This document shows, piece after piece, positions 31,085 through 43,011 of a stretch of DNA of 64,000 nt. Origin of the DNA: an uncultured delta proteobacterium (lineage in GTDB: Bacteria > Myxococcota_A > Polyangia > Fen-1088); the NCBI GenBank assembly GCA_963796685.1, contig CAWCMR010000015.1, positions 1 to 64,000 on the forward strand. The letters run 5' to 3'. The notes beneath the pieces are model-generated. The model saw only the letters and a program-made list of their open reading frames with translations. It did no database searches and was not told the origin of the DNA. The position numbers and the translations under genes were made by a program. How positions within the stretch are numbered: position 1 is the first letter of the stretch; each line of letters opens with the position of its first letter.

Positions 31085-33283
31085 ATGGCGCTACTTGGAC
31101 GCGACACCCTGGTCACGGGGCCCCTGACCGAGGGCACGCTTCTGCTCGAAACGCTCCAAGGCAAAGAGACGCTCGGCGTCCCTTATCGCTACGATCTCAC
31201 CCTTCTGTCGGGCGATCCCGATATCCCCGTCGACAAGGTCCTGGGCCAGTCGCTCACGGTGCACATCCGTCTCGACACGGGCGACACGCGCTTCTTCAAC
31301 GGCATCGTCACCTACTTTGCCAAGACCGGCTACGCAATGAGCCACACGCGCTACGTAGCAGTCCTCCATCCCAAGCTGACGCTTTTCGACTACGCCCGCG
31401 ATTGCCGCATCTTCTTCGGGCAAGATGCGCCCGGCCTGGCCACGGAAGTGCTTGCCCAGCGGGGCTTCACCGATGTCGAATCGGGCTCTCTCAAGGGCGA
31501 CTACCGCAAGCGCGAGTACTGCGTGCAGTATCGCGAGAGCGACTTCAACTTCGTCCAGCGTCTGCTCGAGGAAGAGGGCATCTACTACTTCTTCAAGCAC
31601 GAGAACAACAAGCACACCCTGGTCCTGGCCGACTCCACCACGGCTCACGCGAAATCTGCCGGCTATGAATCGGTGCACTACTTGCCCAAGGAGCGCAGGC
31701 AGAGCCGCGACGAGGAACACTTTTGGTCGCTCAGCGTGGCCGGATCTCTGTACGCTGGAAAATTCACCATCGTCCGCGGCTACGACTACAGCAAGCCAAG
31801 GACGTCGACGACCCTGGTCGAGCAGAAGACCTCCCAAGCGCCCCAACCGGGCTCGGAGTTCGAGGAGTACGACTACCCGGGCGGACTGTCCGAGAAACAG
31901 GATGCCGAGGCGGAAGCCGCGGTACGGCTGGAGGGCGACCATGTCGGGAACACCCTCATCGAGGTGGAGGGCAACACCCTGGGCCTTGGCGTCGGGAATC
32001 TGGTGACGCTCAAGAAGCCTGCCTTCCTCGACGGGGATTTCAATCCCTTCTGGGACGAGGGTGACTTCAAGAAGGAATACCTCATCATCTCGGCGACGTA
32101 TTCGATCAGCATCAACCAGTACGAGACCGGCGACGTGACCGAATCCGACGAGCCGTTCAGGGCGACCTATTCGCTCCTGGACAGCCAGTCGGCGTTTCGG
32201 CCTCGAAGGAGCGCCACCAAGCCGAGGATTGAAGGACCGCAAACCGCGCTGGTCGTGGGACCGGGCGGCGAGGAGATTTACACCGACAAATTCGGGCGCG
32301 TGAAGGTCCAGTTCGACTGGGACCGCCTCGGGAAGCACGACGAGAAGTCGTCGTGCTGGGTGCGCGTGGCCCAGGTCTGGGCGGGCAAGCAGTGGGGCGC
32401 GATGCACCTTCCGCGCATCGGACACGAGGTGATGGTCGAATTCCTCGACGGGGATCCCGACCGTCCCATCATCACCGGCCGGGTCTACAACGCCGACAAC
32501 ATGCCGCCCTACACGCTGCCCGACAACAAGACCCAAAGCGGGATCAAGAGCCGCAGCAGCAAGGGCGGCTCGGCCAGCAACTTCAACGAGCTGCGCTTCG
32601 AAGATTCGAAGGGCAAGGAAGAGGTCTACCTTCAGGCCGAGAAAGACTTGAACATCCTGGTCAAGAACGACGAGTCGCGCCTGGTCGGGCACGACCGGAT
32701 GAAAGAGGTCAAGAACGATGAGACGTCGACCATCAAGGGAAATCGGACCGAGGAAGTCGGCAAGGACGAGACCATCACGATCCATGGCAATCGCAGCGAG
32801 ACCGTGGACAAGGACGAGTCCATCACCATCGCGGGTGCGCGGACCGAATCCGTGAGCAAGAGCGAGAGTATTTCGATCGGCGGTACACGCTCGCTAGCCG
32901 TTGGCATGAGCGAGGATGTTGCGATCGGGGCTGCACGCAGCGAGGCAGTCGGCGGGGCGCACACCCTGACCGTCGGCAGGAACCAAACCATCTCCATCTC
33001 GGCCGCACGTCAAGTGGACGTCGGCAAAGCCGACGAGCTGACGGTCGGGGCTGGCCGGAAGACGACCATCACCGGGGACGATCTGGTCACGGTTAGCAAG
33101 AAGATCCTGTTCGACGGCGGCGACGAGATCATGCTCAAGAGCGGCGACGCGAGCATCACCCTGAAGAAGGACGGCACCATCATCCTGAAGGGCAAGGACG
33201 TCTCGATCACGGCATCCGGGAAGATCAACGCCAAGGCCTCGGGAGACGTCATCATCAAGGGCAGCAAGGTCAGCAAGAACTGA
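31085..33283 (+). CDS. vgrG: VgrG/TssI spike protein, copy 2, with a long gp5 repeat region
   Basis: Same VgrG motifs, 8-residue gp5 repeats (GNRTEEVG KDETITIH...) and a C-terminal GDASITLKKDG. Confidence 0.96.
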   Translation: MALLGRDTLVTGPLTEGTLLLETLQGKETLGVPYRYDLTLLSGDPDIPVDKVLGQSLTVHIRLDTGDTRFFNGIVTYFAKTGYAMSHTRYVAVLHPKLTLFDYARDCRIFFGQDAPGLATEVLAQRGFTDVESGSLKGDYRKREYCVQYRESDFNFVQRLLEEEGIYYFFKHENNKHTLVLADSTTAHAKSAGYESVHYLPKERRQSRDEEHFWSLSVAGSLYAGKFTIVRGYDYSKPRTSTTLVEQKTSQAPQPGSEFEEYDYPGGLSEKQDAEAEAAVRLEGDHVGNTLIEVEGNTLGLGVGNLVTLKKPAFLDGDFNPFWDEGDFKKEYLIISATYSISINQYETGDVTESDEPFRATYSLLDSQSAFRPRRSATKPRIEGPQTALVVGPGGEEIYTDKFGRVKVQFDWDRLGKHDEKSSCWVRVAQVWAGKQWGAMHLPRIGHEVMVEFLDGDPDRPIITGRVYNADNMPPYTLPDNKTQSGIKSRSSKGGSASNFNELRFEDSKGKEEVYLQAEKDLNILVKNDESRLVGHDRMKEVKNDETSTIKGNRTEEVGKDETITIHGNRSETVDKDESITIAGARTESVSKSESISIGGTRSLAVGMSEDVAIGAARSEAVGGAHTLTVGRNQTISISAARQVDVGKADELTVGAGRKTTITGDDLVTVSKKILFDGGDEIMLKSGDASITLKKDGTIILKGKDVSITASGKINAKASGDVIIKGSKVSKN

Positions 33284-33342
33284 GTGAAGAACCGGAGGCG
33301 GTGCGTTGGGGCAGGCCGGCGGCCGTGCTACGGTCGTTCGCA

Positions 33343-34566
33343 TCAGAGACTACCCAGCGTCGTGCACGGGCCTAGGGGCGGCGAGAGCGTTCCGCCGAGC
33401 GTCGCTTGCGAAGGCTTCGCGCTAATGCGAATGCGGCCAACCGCGCCGCCGCCACCGCCGGAGGTGGACGCCGCCTGCGTTTGGCCGGGCTGGCCGTCGA
33501 TGGTCGCGCCCGCCGCACCCGCGCCGCCGGCCGCCTTCGTCGTCATGTTGCTGGTACCGCCAGGTGCCGGCTGCGCGTCACCGGTGGCGTCGGCCCCTGC
33601 CGTCGTGCCGCCCCCGCCGCCGCCGTTTGCGGCGAGCGTTCCAGTGACGTTCACGCTCATGCCCTGAAGGAGCAGTGAGCCTCCGCTGCCGCCGCCGCTC
33701 GCCTGCTGAGAGACTTGGTTCGACGAGTCGTATACGCCGCTGCCGCTGCCGCCCTCTCCGCCGACATTGATCAGGCCCGATACCTGGAGCGCGCCGCACG
33801 CGCTGAGCTGGATCGCGCCGCCGCCGTTGCCGCCACGGCCGACGCCGCCCTCTCCGCCGCTCGATCCCGCGACCAAGGGAACGAGCGCTGCGGTTCCCCA
33901 GCTCGCCCCGCCCTTCGACGCGCTTCCCGAGAGCGACGCCCCGTTACCACCGACGCCGCAGTATCCGGCGCCGCCCGCCGACGTCAGGAGGCTCCCGGCC
34001 CCGCCGCCGCCCGGGCCCGAGCCCGGCTGGTTGTCATGATCCGGTTGCTGATATGCGCCCGGTCCCTTGGCATAGATGGTGCTCGACGCGGAGTTCCCGC
34101 GTAGCGTGCCTTCGATGACGATATCCCCGAGCGCGACGATGACGAGGGCGTCCGCGCCCTCCGCCCTCGCGGTCACTCCCGGTGGGATGGTCAGCGACTT
34201 GACCGCAAAGACACCGAGATTGGGGCCGTTCGTCTGCGGGATCTCTTGGTAGGTATACCTGCCCGTGCCGACAAGGACCCCGCCGAGGTCTGTCTCAATC
34301 GTCTGATCGTGGGTGAGCACGACGTCCTCGACACCGGTGAAGTCAATGGTCGACAGGTCGATGTTCGACGGCAGGTATGAGCACGGCCCACTGCCCGCTT
34401 CGGACCCCGCGTCGAGTTGGGCAGTGTCGGAGGGCCCCGAGTCGTCCGCGTCTCCGCTGCTGATGACGGCCCCCGCGTCGGCCCCGGGCGTACCTCCCTC
34501 CCCGCCGCCACCGCACGCCGAGACCACGGCAGAAAGGCAAACTAAGCTGAAGATGAGATATCTCAT
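33343..34566 (-). CDS. Glycine-rich lipoprotein
   Basis: Lipobox VSAC and GGGSGG/GGNGGG-rich repeats. Confidence 0.75.
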   Translation of the reverse strand: MRYLIFSLVCLSAVVSACGGGGEGGTPGADAGAVISSGDADDSGPSDTAQLDAGSEAGSGPCSYLPSNIDLSTIDFTGVEDVVLTHDQTIETDLGGVLVGTGRYTYQEIPQTNGPNLGVFAVKSLTIPPGVTARAEGADALVIVALGDIVIEGTLRGNSASSTIYAKGPGAYQQPDHDNQPGSGPGGGGAGSLLTSAGGAGYCGVGGNGASLSGSASKGGASWGTAALVPLVAGSSGGEGGVGRGGNGGGAIQLSACGALQVSGLINVGGEGGSGSGVYDSSNQVSQQASGGGSGGSLLLQGMSVNVTGTLAANGGGGGGTTAGADATGDAQPAPGGTSNMTTKAAGGAGAAGATIDGQPGQTQAASTSGGGGGAVGRIRISAKPSQATLGGTLSPPLGPCTTLGSL

Positions 34567-34716
34567 GTGGCCCTGCCCTCGTCCACCGTGGTGAACGGAC
34601 GAATGGATGGATGCTCTTTCGGCGTTTAGGATCCGCGCTCCTGGCCGGCTCTTTTGTTTACGACGCTGTAAAGACGGGGCTCACAGTGAGCGGGCCTCGC
34701 CGCCGCCAGGCGGGGA

Positions 34717-35734
34717 TCATGGGCAAGGTGTGGGATGCTCGAGGAGGTGCGAGTACCGAGCCAAAAGCTCGGCCTTCTGGCGTACGCCCAGTCGGCGCAT
34801 GGCCCGCGCGAGCAGCACCCCGGCGGTCGAGGTCGAGATGCCGAGCTGCGTATCCGATCTCCTTGTTGGCACGCCCGAGCAACGCCAGCCCCATCACTTG
34901 CCGCTCGCGCTCGGTCAAGAGATCCAGGGGGAGACCGTCGGGGGAGTTTCGCGCGGCCACCAGGTAGCGCTTTCCGTCGCTCTCGAAGCAGTCGACCAGA
35001 GACCAACGTTGGTCGACCAAGGCCCGCCACCGGGAGATGGCGCGCAAGGGGTCGCGGCGTCGTTCGACACCGCGAGCGCGCTCGACGGCGAGCGCACCGT
35101 CGCGCAAAAGCTCGCGGGCCTGCTTCAGCTTGGCGACGCGTTCCGCGTGCAGCATGCGCCCGGCGGGCGCAATCACCGCGCTGGACAGACCCGCATCGGC
35201 GACCCTCGCGCCGGCCAGTCGATCGAGCAGGCGCTGCGAAGCCGCGACGTGGGCGGCGACCCGCATGAAAAGCTGCTTCGTCGCGGCGGCGACGGGGCGA
35301 GGCTTATGGACGAGCAAGCAGACCATGCACCCGCGCCCGCCCGGGGACCGTCCGTTGATGCCGAGGACTTCGCCGATCCCGAAATCGCGCAGCGCCTGGG
35401 CGAGCGCCGGGTGGTGCTCCATCCCCGGGATCTCACGGCTGTAGCAGAAGACCGAGCCGAGGAGCCCATTGCGTGTCAGCTCGGGGTGCGCGTGCCAGTA
35501 GGGCGCCACCCGCCGGGTGAACAGCGCATCGAGCATCTCCTGCTCCACCCCAGCGCCGACGATGAGGCCGAACCTCACGTCCTCTGGGTTGGAAGCGTCG
35601 TAGAGTTGTACGAACGCGCCGAAGCAGGTGATGCCGGCGTTCTCCAACGTCGTGGTCGCGAGGTTGCGTGCCCATTCCCGCTCGTCGAGCTCGACCGAGG
35701 AGGCGGCTTCGAGAATGGCCACGACGTCGCGCAT
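34717..35734 (-). CDS. LuxR-family HTH regulator, frameshift near 34848
   Basis: LTERERQVMGLALLGRANKEIGY, continuing after a 1-nt shift as LGISTSTAGVLLARAMRRLGV to TGA at 34717. Confidence 0.85.
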
Positions 35735-35984
35735 GCGGCAACCAGAATACCCTGCTGCTGTAGGCCCTGCCACGGCCAGCGATGAAGACGGAAGGCACGA
35801 GAAAGGTCAACGCGTGCCTTATGAATCCTTTCTCGAATGGCGTTCATCCAAAGCGCAGTTTAACTTTGCGCTCGCGTTGTAGTGGCGAGCGCAGCAGGGT
35901 TCCGGTGAAGGATAGGCATGGAAGAGATTGACGGTTACCGCGGGCTGATGCCCGACCGAAGCGCGGAAGGCAAGGGGGGCTGAC

Positions 35985-37469
<1,485 letters not shown>

Positions 37470-37484
37470 CCGAGGACGATCTGA

Positions 37485-38513
37485 GTGCACCGAGCTTGCC
37501 GACAAGTCGCAATTCATCTTTTCCCGATCCTTTTCATCTCAGCGCTCGCCTGGTCGGCGTCCGCTGGTGCCGCCGAGCCGGGGGCCGATTCGGCGAAGTC
37601 GCAAGCACAGGCCGCATTGCGAGAAGGGAACACGGCGCTGGAACAAGGCCGTGCCGGGGAAGCCCTGGCGAAGTTCACCGAGGCCTATCGACTGTTTCCC
37701 AGCCCCAAGATTCACTACAACCTCGGACAGGCGCACGGCTTGATTGCTGGGCACGAGGCCCAGGCCTATCAGGAAATGTCCCTCTTCCTGCTTGAAGCCA
37801 AGGACACCGATCCCAGTCTGCGTGGCGCGGCGGAGACCCTTCGCGCACGGCTCAGACCCAAGGTTGGTTTGGTGTCGGTCCTCGCGCAGCCGGCTGACGC
37901 GGATGTGGTGATCGACGGCATCGACGTGGGCCCACCCTCCCCGGGAATGCCCGCCGTTCTCGCCATCGGAACCCACCGTCTCTCGACCAGGAAGGGTGGG
38001 GCGGAATCGGCCGCGCAGACCATCACCATTGCCGGAGGCGAGTCGATGGACGTTCCTCTTCGATTGCTTTCGCCGACGGCTCCACTTCCGCCGCCGAATC
38101 CGGCGATCACTGGTGGCGCACAACCCGCGAACCTCGTGCAGACCGGAACCTCGCCGGCGAAGCACGACTTTTGGACCTGGCAGCACGAGGTGGGGACTGG
38201 GCTCGCGGTTCTGGGTGCGGCCAGCCTGGTGCTGGGCATCGTCGAGCACGTGAGCTACTTCGGAAAGGCGAACGACTTCAAGAACGCGGGGTGCGGAACG
38301 AACGACCTCTCGGTTGGGTCAGGGTGCAAGGGCCTGAACGATGACTTCCATTCGGCGCAAACATTGTTCGTGGTCGGGTACGTCGGGGCCGCGGTTCTGG
38401 GCGGGGCCGGCGCCTACTTCCTCTGGCTGACACCCACCGAGTCGGCCGACGCCGCGACCGGAGTTGCCTCGCTCGGCTCAGGGATGACCGTTAATGTCCA
38501 AGGACGGTTTTGA
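37485..38513 (+). CDS. TPR + PEGA domain exported/membrane protein
   Basis: Signal peptide, TPR (EALAKFTEAY...HYNLG), PEGA (PADADVVIDG), C-terminal hydrophobic helices ending QGRF. Confidence 0.8.
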   Translation: MHRACRQVAIHLFPILFISALAWSASAGAAEPGADSAKSQAQAALREGNTALEQGRAGEALAKFTEAYRLFPSPKIHYNLGQAHGLIAGHEAQAYQEMSLFLLEAKDTDPSLRGAAETLRARLRPKVGLVSVLAQPADADVVIDGIDVGPPSPGMPAVLAIGTHRLSTRKGGAESAAQTITIAGGESMDVPLRLLSPTAPLPPPNPAITGGAQPANLVQTGTSPAKHDFWTWQHEVGTGLAVLGAASLVLGIVEHVSYFGKANDFKNAGCGTNDLSVGSGCKGLNDDFHSAQTLFVVGYVGAAVLGGAGAYFLWLTPTESADAATGVASLGSGMTVNVQGRF

Positions 38514-40035
38514 AGGCCAACATGACCAACATGATGACGAGGTTCGGATTCGCCATGACCAGCCTTTGCGCGACCGCTATCGCTTGCACGAGCCTTCCGA
38601 CGACACCTCGAGGGACGATCGACGCGGAGGCTGGTGGCGCCAGAGGAGAGGTAGGCTCACCTCGGGTGGATTCGAGCGAAGACTTCAATGGCGTGGATGC
38701 TGGGGCGATTGTCGACACCAGCAGCAAGGACAGCGCGGAGGGAGGCGTGCCTGACGCGCCCCTTGGCACCGGCGGAATTATAGATAGTGGCGCAAGGGAA
38801 GACGGCCCCGGCGGTTCGCGCGACGTCCGTGCATTGGACAGCCCGCTCGGCGGCGGGGGGGATCCGACGCGGCGGCGTCGGACGCAAGGGTCGATACCGG
38901 CGAGCCAACTGCATCGGGCGGTACGATAGGGACAGGCGGAATCATCAGCACGGGCGGGATCGTAGGCACGGGCGGGATCGTAGGCACGGGCGGAATCGTA
39001 GGCACGGGTGGAATCGTAGGCACGGGTGGAATCGTAGGCACGGGCGGTTCCGGAGGTACGGCCGATGCCGGATGTGCGCCGGAGAGCGACGCGCAGTTTT
39101 GCGCGCGCGTTGGAAAGAGCTGCGAAATGGTCAGTGGAACGGACAATTGTGGCGCGTCACGCAGTGCCAATTGCGGCACTTGCCCTACGGGGATGGGATG
39201 TGTCGTCAATGTCTGCCAGACGCCAGTCTGTACCACGTTCAATTACCAGGCGGTTGCGTTCGCTCCCTTCAGCCGGTCCAACGCGGAAGACGACGTCATC
39301 GCGGCCAGCGAGAGCGGACAGACCATTGCCTACGTACAAGCGCCCGCCGGCGGTTGCGGCAGCTACGCTGTCTTATTGGCCGACGAGACAGCACCTGACA
39401 GCGGCGTCTACACCTCACGGGACATCACCAGTTGGTTAGTGGCCAATAGTATGTTCAAGGGAACCGGCGAGATGGCGGGATTGTCAGGTGACGGCCTCAC
39501 TCTCATTGGATTCTCCTCCGACCAGACCGCCATCGAGTCGGCGAAACGCTCTGCCTTACAGCTCATCGACTTCGGCTCGCCGACCACCGCGGACTTCGTG
39601 ACCATCAACGGCTTCGTCGCAGGCACGGCCGGAAAGTTTCGCGCCCCGCAGATCTCCGCAGACGGCCTCGAGCTGTACGTCACCATCAACGGAATTAGCA
39701 CGGCTGCCGACGGAATTTACCGCTCGGTCCGCAGCTCGACGAGTGTCCCCTTCCCCGGTCCGCAGCGGGTTGCCGTACTCACCTCCGACTATGAGTTCGT
39801 CACCGGAATCTCCTCTGATCGGCTGACGCTGTTCGTGTTCAAAGGGTTCGGCGGATTCATCTTCTCGCGCATGAGCACCAGCGCCGAGTTCGCCAACCCC
39901 AACGCGCCTAGCGCGCCGCCGTCGATAGGGGGATGGGAGCACAAGCCGTTCGGGGACTGCCGAACCCTGGTAGGGATAGGTTCGACCGCCGGGGGCTGCA
40001 AAAACGAGGATGTCTATTTCTTCTATCGACAGTAA
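38510..40035 (+). CDS. Lipoprotein with Gly-rich linker, Cys-rich module and PD40-like propeller; frameshift at a G7 run (38855-38861)
   Basis: IAC lipobox, GTGGIV repeats, CAPESDAQFC...NCG...CGTC, PQISADGLELY. Confidence 0.7.
38929..39048 (+). repeat. 18-bp tandem repeat, about 6.5 copies, encoding GTGGIV
   Basis: Consecutive ggcacgggYggRatcgta units with no spacers. Confidence 0.92.
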
Positions 40036-40059
40036 CCTGCACCTGCGGGCCGCAGAAGC

Positions 40060-40125
40060 TCGGTACCAGGTCGGACGATGCTCCGAACTTGTCGTCGCGG
40101 TCACGCAGCAGGATCTTCGGAGATC
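40060..40125 (-). mobile_element. Possible tiny integrase-core (rve) transposase remnant
   Basis: Translates to PKILLRDRDDKFGAS, resembling the LIRDRDxKFG motif of rve integrases. The rest of the gene is absent. Confidence 0.35.
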
Positions 40126-40301
40126 TTGGCTGGACCGACTGCGCAGTCATCAAGGTTGGACTGAAAGCTGGTTTCGATGCGCAAGGAATCACAACCGCGC
40201 GAACGTCAGAAGCGATAGCCGACTGCCATTCGTGCCTGCGGCAGAATGCGCCACTTGTAGGCCTGATAGTCCTGGGCGTGGCACGGATAGTCGGGACGCC
40301 C

Positions 40302-40521
40302 GGAGGTTCTTCACGGGACAAGCCAAAGCCCACCGCGTTTCATCGAGCTGAAGCTGGCCTCGGGCATGGTTGCCGCCCACTGGGGAAAGGATCTCCTGGA
40401 CACCCAGGTGCTCATCAAGAGCGCGGGCCTGCCGGCGAGCGCGGTGGATGACCTTCACCCCTGGGTGCGCGGAAAGTTCCTGGAGTTGTGGCAGCTCGCG
40501 CAGGTTACCGATTCTTTCTGA
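40302..40521 (+). pseudogene. Internally deleted copy of a nucleotidyltransferase-like gene (direct repeat 1)
   Basis: 40302-40323 matches 41212-41233, and 40334-40521 matches 41463-41650 (offset 1129). Confidence 0.7.
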
Positions 40522-40535
40522 GAGGCATCGCCGTG

Positions 40536-40799
40536 CTACTCATAGTGCGTCCACATCCGCTCGACGAAAACCCGCCGCGTCCGCTGGTCGACGCGGTACA
40601 CAAGACGGTGCTGTATGTTGATTCGCCTGGAGAAGAAACCATCGAGCTCGCCGACCAGCTTTTGGTAGGGCGGTGGCGTCTCGAAGGGATCACGTTCCAG
40701 GATATCGAGAAGCGCGTCAGCCTTGGTGCGCAGGTGTGAACGCTGCAGCTTCACCGCGTCCTTGCGGGCGGCCTTACTGAAGTAGACTTGCCACGCCAC
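40536..40799 (-). CDS. yoeB: Txe/YoeB family toxin
   Basis: DPFETPPPYQKLVGELDGFFSRRINIQHRLVY...MWTHYE. Confidence 0.93.
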   Translation of the reverse strand: MAWQVYFSKAARKDAVKLQRSHLRTKADALLDILERDPFETPPPYQKLVGELDGFFSRRINIQHRLVYRVDQRTRRVFVERMWTHYE

Positions 40800-40802
40800 G
40801 GA

Positions 40803-41045
40803 TTACCAAAGTCGGGCTTTTGAGTAGGCCTTGAGGGGTGCCTTCCTGGCCTTGCGCAAGGACGCCTTCATTCCAGGTACGCTGAGCAGGTAGAGAGTCT
40901 CCTGCATGGCGCGAAAGTCATCTTCCGAAAGCAGCACGCCGTTCTGCCGGCGCCCGGTGATTTGGATGGGTTCGTGCGACTGGGCCGTCTGATCGAGCAG
41001 CTTGAACAGGTTGGCTCGGGCTTGGGTAACAGTGATGCTGGTCAT
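40803..41045 (-). CDS. yefM: Phd/YefM antitoxin
   Basis: MTSITVTQARANLFKLLD...HEPIQITG...VLLSEDDFRAMQETLYLLSVPGM. Directly upstream of the toxin. Confidence 0.93.
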   Translation of the reverse strand: MTSITVTQARANLFKLLDQTAQSHEPIQITGRRQNGVLLSEDDFRAMQETLYLLSVPGMKASLRKARKAPLKAYSKARLW

Positions 41046-41066
41046 GTTTGCGTCCTTGACTGAAAG

Positions 41067-41084
41067 CGTACAGGATGCCGTACG
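41067..41084. promoter_or_regulatory. Probable yefM-yoeB operator
   Basis: CGTAC-aggatgcc-GTACG inverted repeat with two GTAC cores, about 22 nt upstream of the antitoxin start. Confidence 0.65.
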
Positions 41085-41211
41085 TTGGAGCAAGACCCAA
41101 GGGCCCCGCAGGTCCCCCGGACAGTCGTGGTGTCCTCCATCCGGTGACGTTGCGCGCACGCACTTTCGGCGGAGGCGGAGGCCCGGTTCGTCGACGGAGT
41201 TGACTACTGCG

Positions 41212-41650
41212 GGAGGTTCTTCATGGGACAAGCAGAAGCGCAGCTCGCACTTTACCAGCTGGCCGCCCTGGGTTGCCCTACGCCATCATCGGCGCATTTG
41301 CGCTCAATGAATACGGCCACAAGCGGGTCACCGTCGGCGTCGATCTCGTTAGGCATGAAGAGCATCTGTCCGAATTCAAGCGCAAGCATCTCGGCACCGG
41401 CTACGCGGAACGTGTTCCTGGGACAGCCCTGCGCGGGGAGCGTTTCTCGCTTTTGCCCATGGCGCGTTTCATCGAGCTGAAGCTGGCCTCGGGCATGGTT
41501 GCCGCCCACCGTGGAAAGGATCTCGTGGATGTCCAGGAGCTGATCAAGAGCGCGGGCCTGCCCGCGAGCACGGCGGATGACCTTCACCCCTGGGTGCGTG
41601 GAAAGTTCCTTGAGCTGTGGCAGCTCGCGCAGGTTGACGATCCGTTCTGA
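41212..41650 (+). pseudogene. Decayed nucleotidyltransferase-like gene (direct repeat 2)
   Basis: PYAIIGAFALNEYGHKRVTVGVDL (G-A/DxD-like region, degenerate) and LKLASG...KDLVDVQELI. Broken 5' frame. Confidence 0.65.
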
Positions 41651-41946
41651 GAGCGCATTCCCATTTGGGCTCCATAGCCTACGCCGCCGAGCGGGCCGCC
41701 GACGGCGTTGAGCGAGAATTCGAGGGGTACCGGAAGCCCTGAGCCGCGGCCGGGCACGCCTGGGCAAGGCAGCGTCATGCATTGGACGATGCAGCAAAGG
41801 GTTGCGCGAAGAAATACCGTTGGTTGGTGTAGGCACACTATTGACGCGAATCTCAATCAAGTTTCTGATTGGGAGCAGCGAGCAAACGCGCAGGGCCCAT
41901 CATAGCGAGCCTCGGCCTGGCGACGACGTGATATAGAAGGTTTTCG

Positions 41947-43011
41947 ATGCCGAGCACATCGGTGGTGGTATCAGCGGTCGGATGTCACACGAGCATGTCC
42001 CATGCTTCGGTTTCGTTTGCGGGTGGACGCGCGGGCCTGTCGCGGGGATCTTCCCTAAGCAATATCAGCTATCGGAACCAAAACGGGGATACCGAAGCCG
42101 TCCTAGGTCACGCCGCGGCAAGCCTACTCGGCCACCAAGGATGGGTGCGTTGGTTGTCCCTGGCTCTGCTCGGCCTAGAGGACCTGCTTGCAAAGGTGGA
42201 TCAACAGCACACCGGTCCACTAAGACTTTTTCTGTGCCTGCCGTCCGTCGATCTCTACCCCCGACCGATTGCTCCTTTGCCACCCCCGAGGCACCTCTCG
42301 CCGCTGCTGACGAGCAAGCTTCTGTCATTATGTCGGTATGGGACCTTGCTGGATCCAGCCGTCACAACCTCCTATGGCTGGCCAGGGTTCGTGACAAGTT
42401 TGAATCAAGCTCTGGACCTCCTCGGCCGAGGTGGAGCATGTGCATGTATCATTGGCGCAGTTGACAGCTACGTCGACAGCGATAGTCTGCGGTGGTTGGC
42501 ATTGAACGGTAGATTGAAGACAAGTGACGCCCCCTGTAACCTGCAACCAGGTGAGGGTGCAGCGTTCCTATTGTTGCGACGTGCCGAGCAGCTTGCCGAA
42601 TCAGAGAAGAGATCCTCTCTGAGGCTCGGCTCGGTTGTCTCCGCACGCGAGCCAGATCCCACACGGCCCCAAGGCATCGGATTCAGCAAGTCCGCCGTTG
42701 AGGCGGTCTCTAGGAGCGGACTCCCTCTACAGAAGCCCTGGCTTATTTCAGACCACAACGGCGAGCCCGCTCGCGCCGAGGATTGTGGTCACTTGCTTGC
42801 GCGGCTTCGAACCGTTTGGCCGACCGTCAACAATATGCCAACGGACATGCCTGCCGTGGCATTCGGCGATTGCGGTCTCGCTCGAGGCTTGCTTGGCGCA
42901 GGTTGGGCGCTTTGCGCCCATCAGCGTGGCTGGTTTAGGGGAGATGGAGCGCTCGTGCTTGCGACAGGCGACGGTGATGAACGTATCACTATTTTCCTAG
43001 GACGTGTTTGA
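41947..43011 (+). CDS. T6SS-associated thiolase/ketoacyl-synthase-like protein (PA0098-like)
   Basis: IIGAVDSY, PGEGAAFLLL, SDHNGE, PAVAFGDCG. Confidence 0.82.
   Translation: MPSTSVVVSAVGCHTSMSHASVSFAGGRAGLSRGSSLSNISYRNQNGDTEAVLGHAAASLLGHQGWVRWLSLALLGLEDLLAKVDQQHTGPLRLFLCLPSVDLYPRPIAPLPPPRHLSPLLTSKLLSLCRYGTLLDPAVTTSYGWPGFVTSLNQALDLLGRGGACACIIGAVDSYVDSDSLRWLALNGRLKTSDAPCNLQPGEGAAFLLLRRAEQLAESEKRSSLRLGSVVSAREPDPTRPQGIGFSKSAVEAVSRSGLPLQKPWLISDHNGEPARAEDCGHLLARLRTVWPTVNNMPTDMPAVAFGDCGLARGLLGAGWALCAHQRGWFRGDGALVLATGDGDERITIFLGRV

Noticed and set aside
38929-39048. Tandem repeat as a CRISPR array
   Set aside because: 18-bp units with no spacers, in-frame coding for GTGGIV, and no cas genes.
40334-41650. 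Diverged direct repeats as a diversity-generating retroelement TR/VR pair
   Set aside because: Mismatches are not adenine-specific and no reverse transcriptase is present. The same applies to the 22205/24893 duplication.
41947-43011. Fatty-acid/polyketide synthase cluster
   Set aside because: No ACP, AT or KR genes nearby. Motifs and context fit the T6SS-associated thiolase-like family.
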